Shown here: positions 63,301-64,000 of the stretch, one piece after another
Layout: every line of letters starts with the position of its first letter
Numbering within the stretch: position 1 is the stretch's first letter
Origin: Squalus acanthias
Lineage: Eukaryota
Length of the DNA: 64,000 bases
Direction of reading: 5' to 3'
NCBI GenBank assembly: GCA_030390025.1
Contig: CM059432.1
Location: 109,990,001 to 110,054,000 of the forward strand
Translations under genes and position numbers: made by a program
The notes under the pieces: generated by a model
Seen by the model: the letters and a program-made list of their open reading frames with translations, nothing else
The model's database searches: none
Told to the model about the DNA's origin: nothing

Positions 63301-64000
63301 TCAGAACAAACTGTCACAGGACAGAGAGTGAGGAGACTCAGAACAAACTGTCACAGGACAGAGAGTGAGGAGACTCAGAACAAACTGTCACAGGACAGAG
63401 TGAGGAGACTCAGAACAAACTGTCACAGGACAGAGAGTGAGGAGACTCAGAACAAACTGTCACAGGACAGAGAGTGAGGAGACTCAGAACAAACTGTCAC
63501 AGGACAGAGAGTGAGGAGACTCAGAACAAACTGTCACAGGACAGAGAGTGAGGAGACTCAGAACAAACTGTCACAGGACAGAGAGTGAGGAGACTCAGAA
63601 CAAACTGTCACAGGACAGAGAGTGAGGAGACTCAGAACAAACTGTCACAGGACAGAGAGTGAGGAGACTCAGAACAAACTGTCACAGGACAGAGAGTGAG
63701 GAGACTCAGAACAAACTGTCACAGGACAGAGTGAGGAGACTCAGAACAAACTGTCACAGGACAGAGAGTGAGGAGACTCAGAACAAACTGTCACAGGACA
63801 GAGTGAGGAGACTCAGAACAAACTGTCACAGGACAGAGAGTGAGGAGACTCAGAACAAACTGTCACAGGACAGAGAGTGAGGAGACTCAGAACAAACTGT
63901 CACAGGACAGAGAGTGAGGAGACTCAGAACAAACTGTCACAGGACAGAGAGTGAGGAGACTCAGAACAAACTGTCACAGGACAGAGAGTGAGGAGACTCA
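42387..64000. repeat. Tandem array of 35/37-bp units (some 36 bp), roughly 600 copies, extending beyond the window
   Basis: Unit GAGTGAGGAGACTCAGAACAAACTGTCACAGGACA(GA). It varies mainly by presence or absence of GA, with rarer TGCCAC, GGACGG and GACACAG variants. Confidence 0.99.

Noticed and set aside
42556..63880. Dozens of ORFs reading MRRLRTNCHRTESEETQNKLSQDR...
   Set aside because: These are translations of the tandem repeat. They start at GTG, and the frames open only where 35- and 37-bp units alternate.
42387..64000. CRISPR array (repeat length about 36 bp)
   Set aside because: There are no unique spacers, the units are head-to-tail, there are no cas genes, and the context is eukaryotic.

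Overview
Repeat-rich vertebrate DNA, probably from a cartilaginous fish (inferred from the CR1, L2, Penelope and DeuSINE-type repeats and the fish-type retroviruses). (1) 1-5167, minus strand: 5' half of a class I (epsilon/gamma-like) provirus with LTR, tRNA-Gln PBS, gag and an in-frame pro-pol. (2) 5.2-10.5 kb: a CR1 LINE with a twin-priming-like 5' inversion, carrying nested insertions including a solo LTR with a clean TSD. (3) A three-exon host gene recognisable as YAE1 (minus, 24931 to 12963), with a CpG-island promoter and introns containing L2, SINE and Penelope/hammerhead sequences. (4) Near full-length and truncated CR1 and L2 copies. (5) About 35.4-42.4 kb, minus strand: an endogenous foamy (spuma)-like retrovirus. 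It has a recognisable foamy Gag, an open 1135-aa RT-RNase H-IN frame, no env, and a protease that lacks its own AUG and lies in frame behind a TGA. (6) Beginning after a 19-bp spacer upstream of that Gag ATG, a >21.6 kb, very homogeneous 35/37-bp tandem array that occupies the position of the viral leader, PBS and 5' LTR and runs off the window. Items 5 and 6 are the most unusual.
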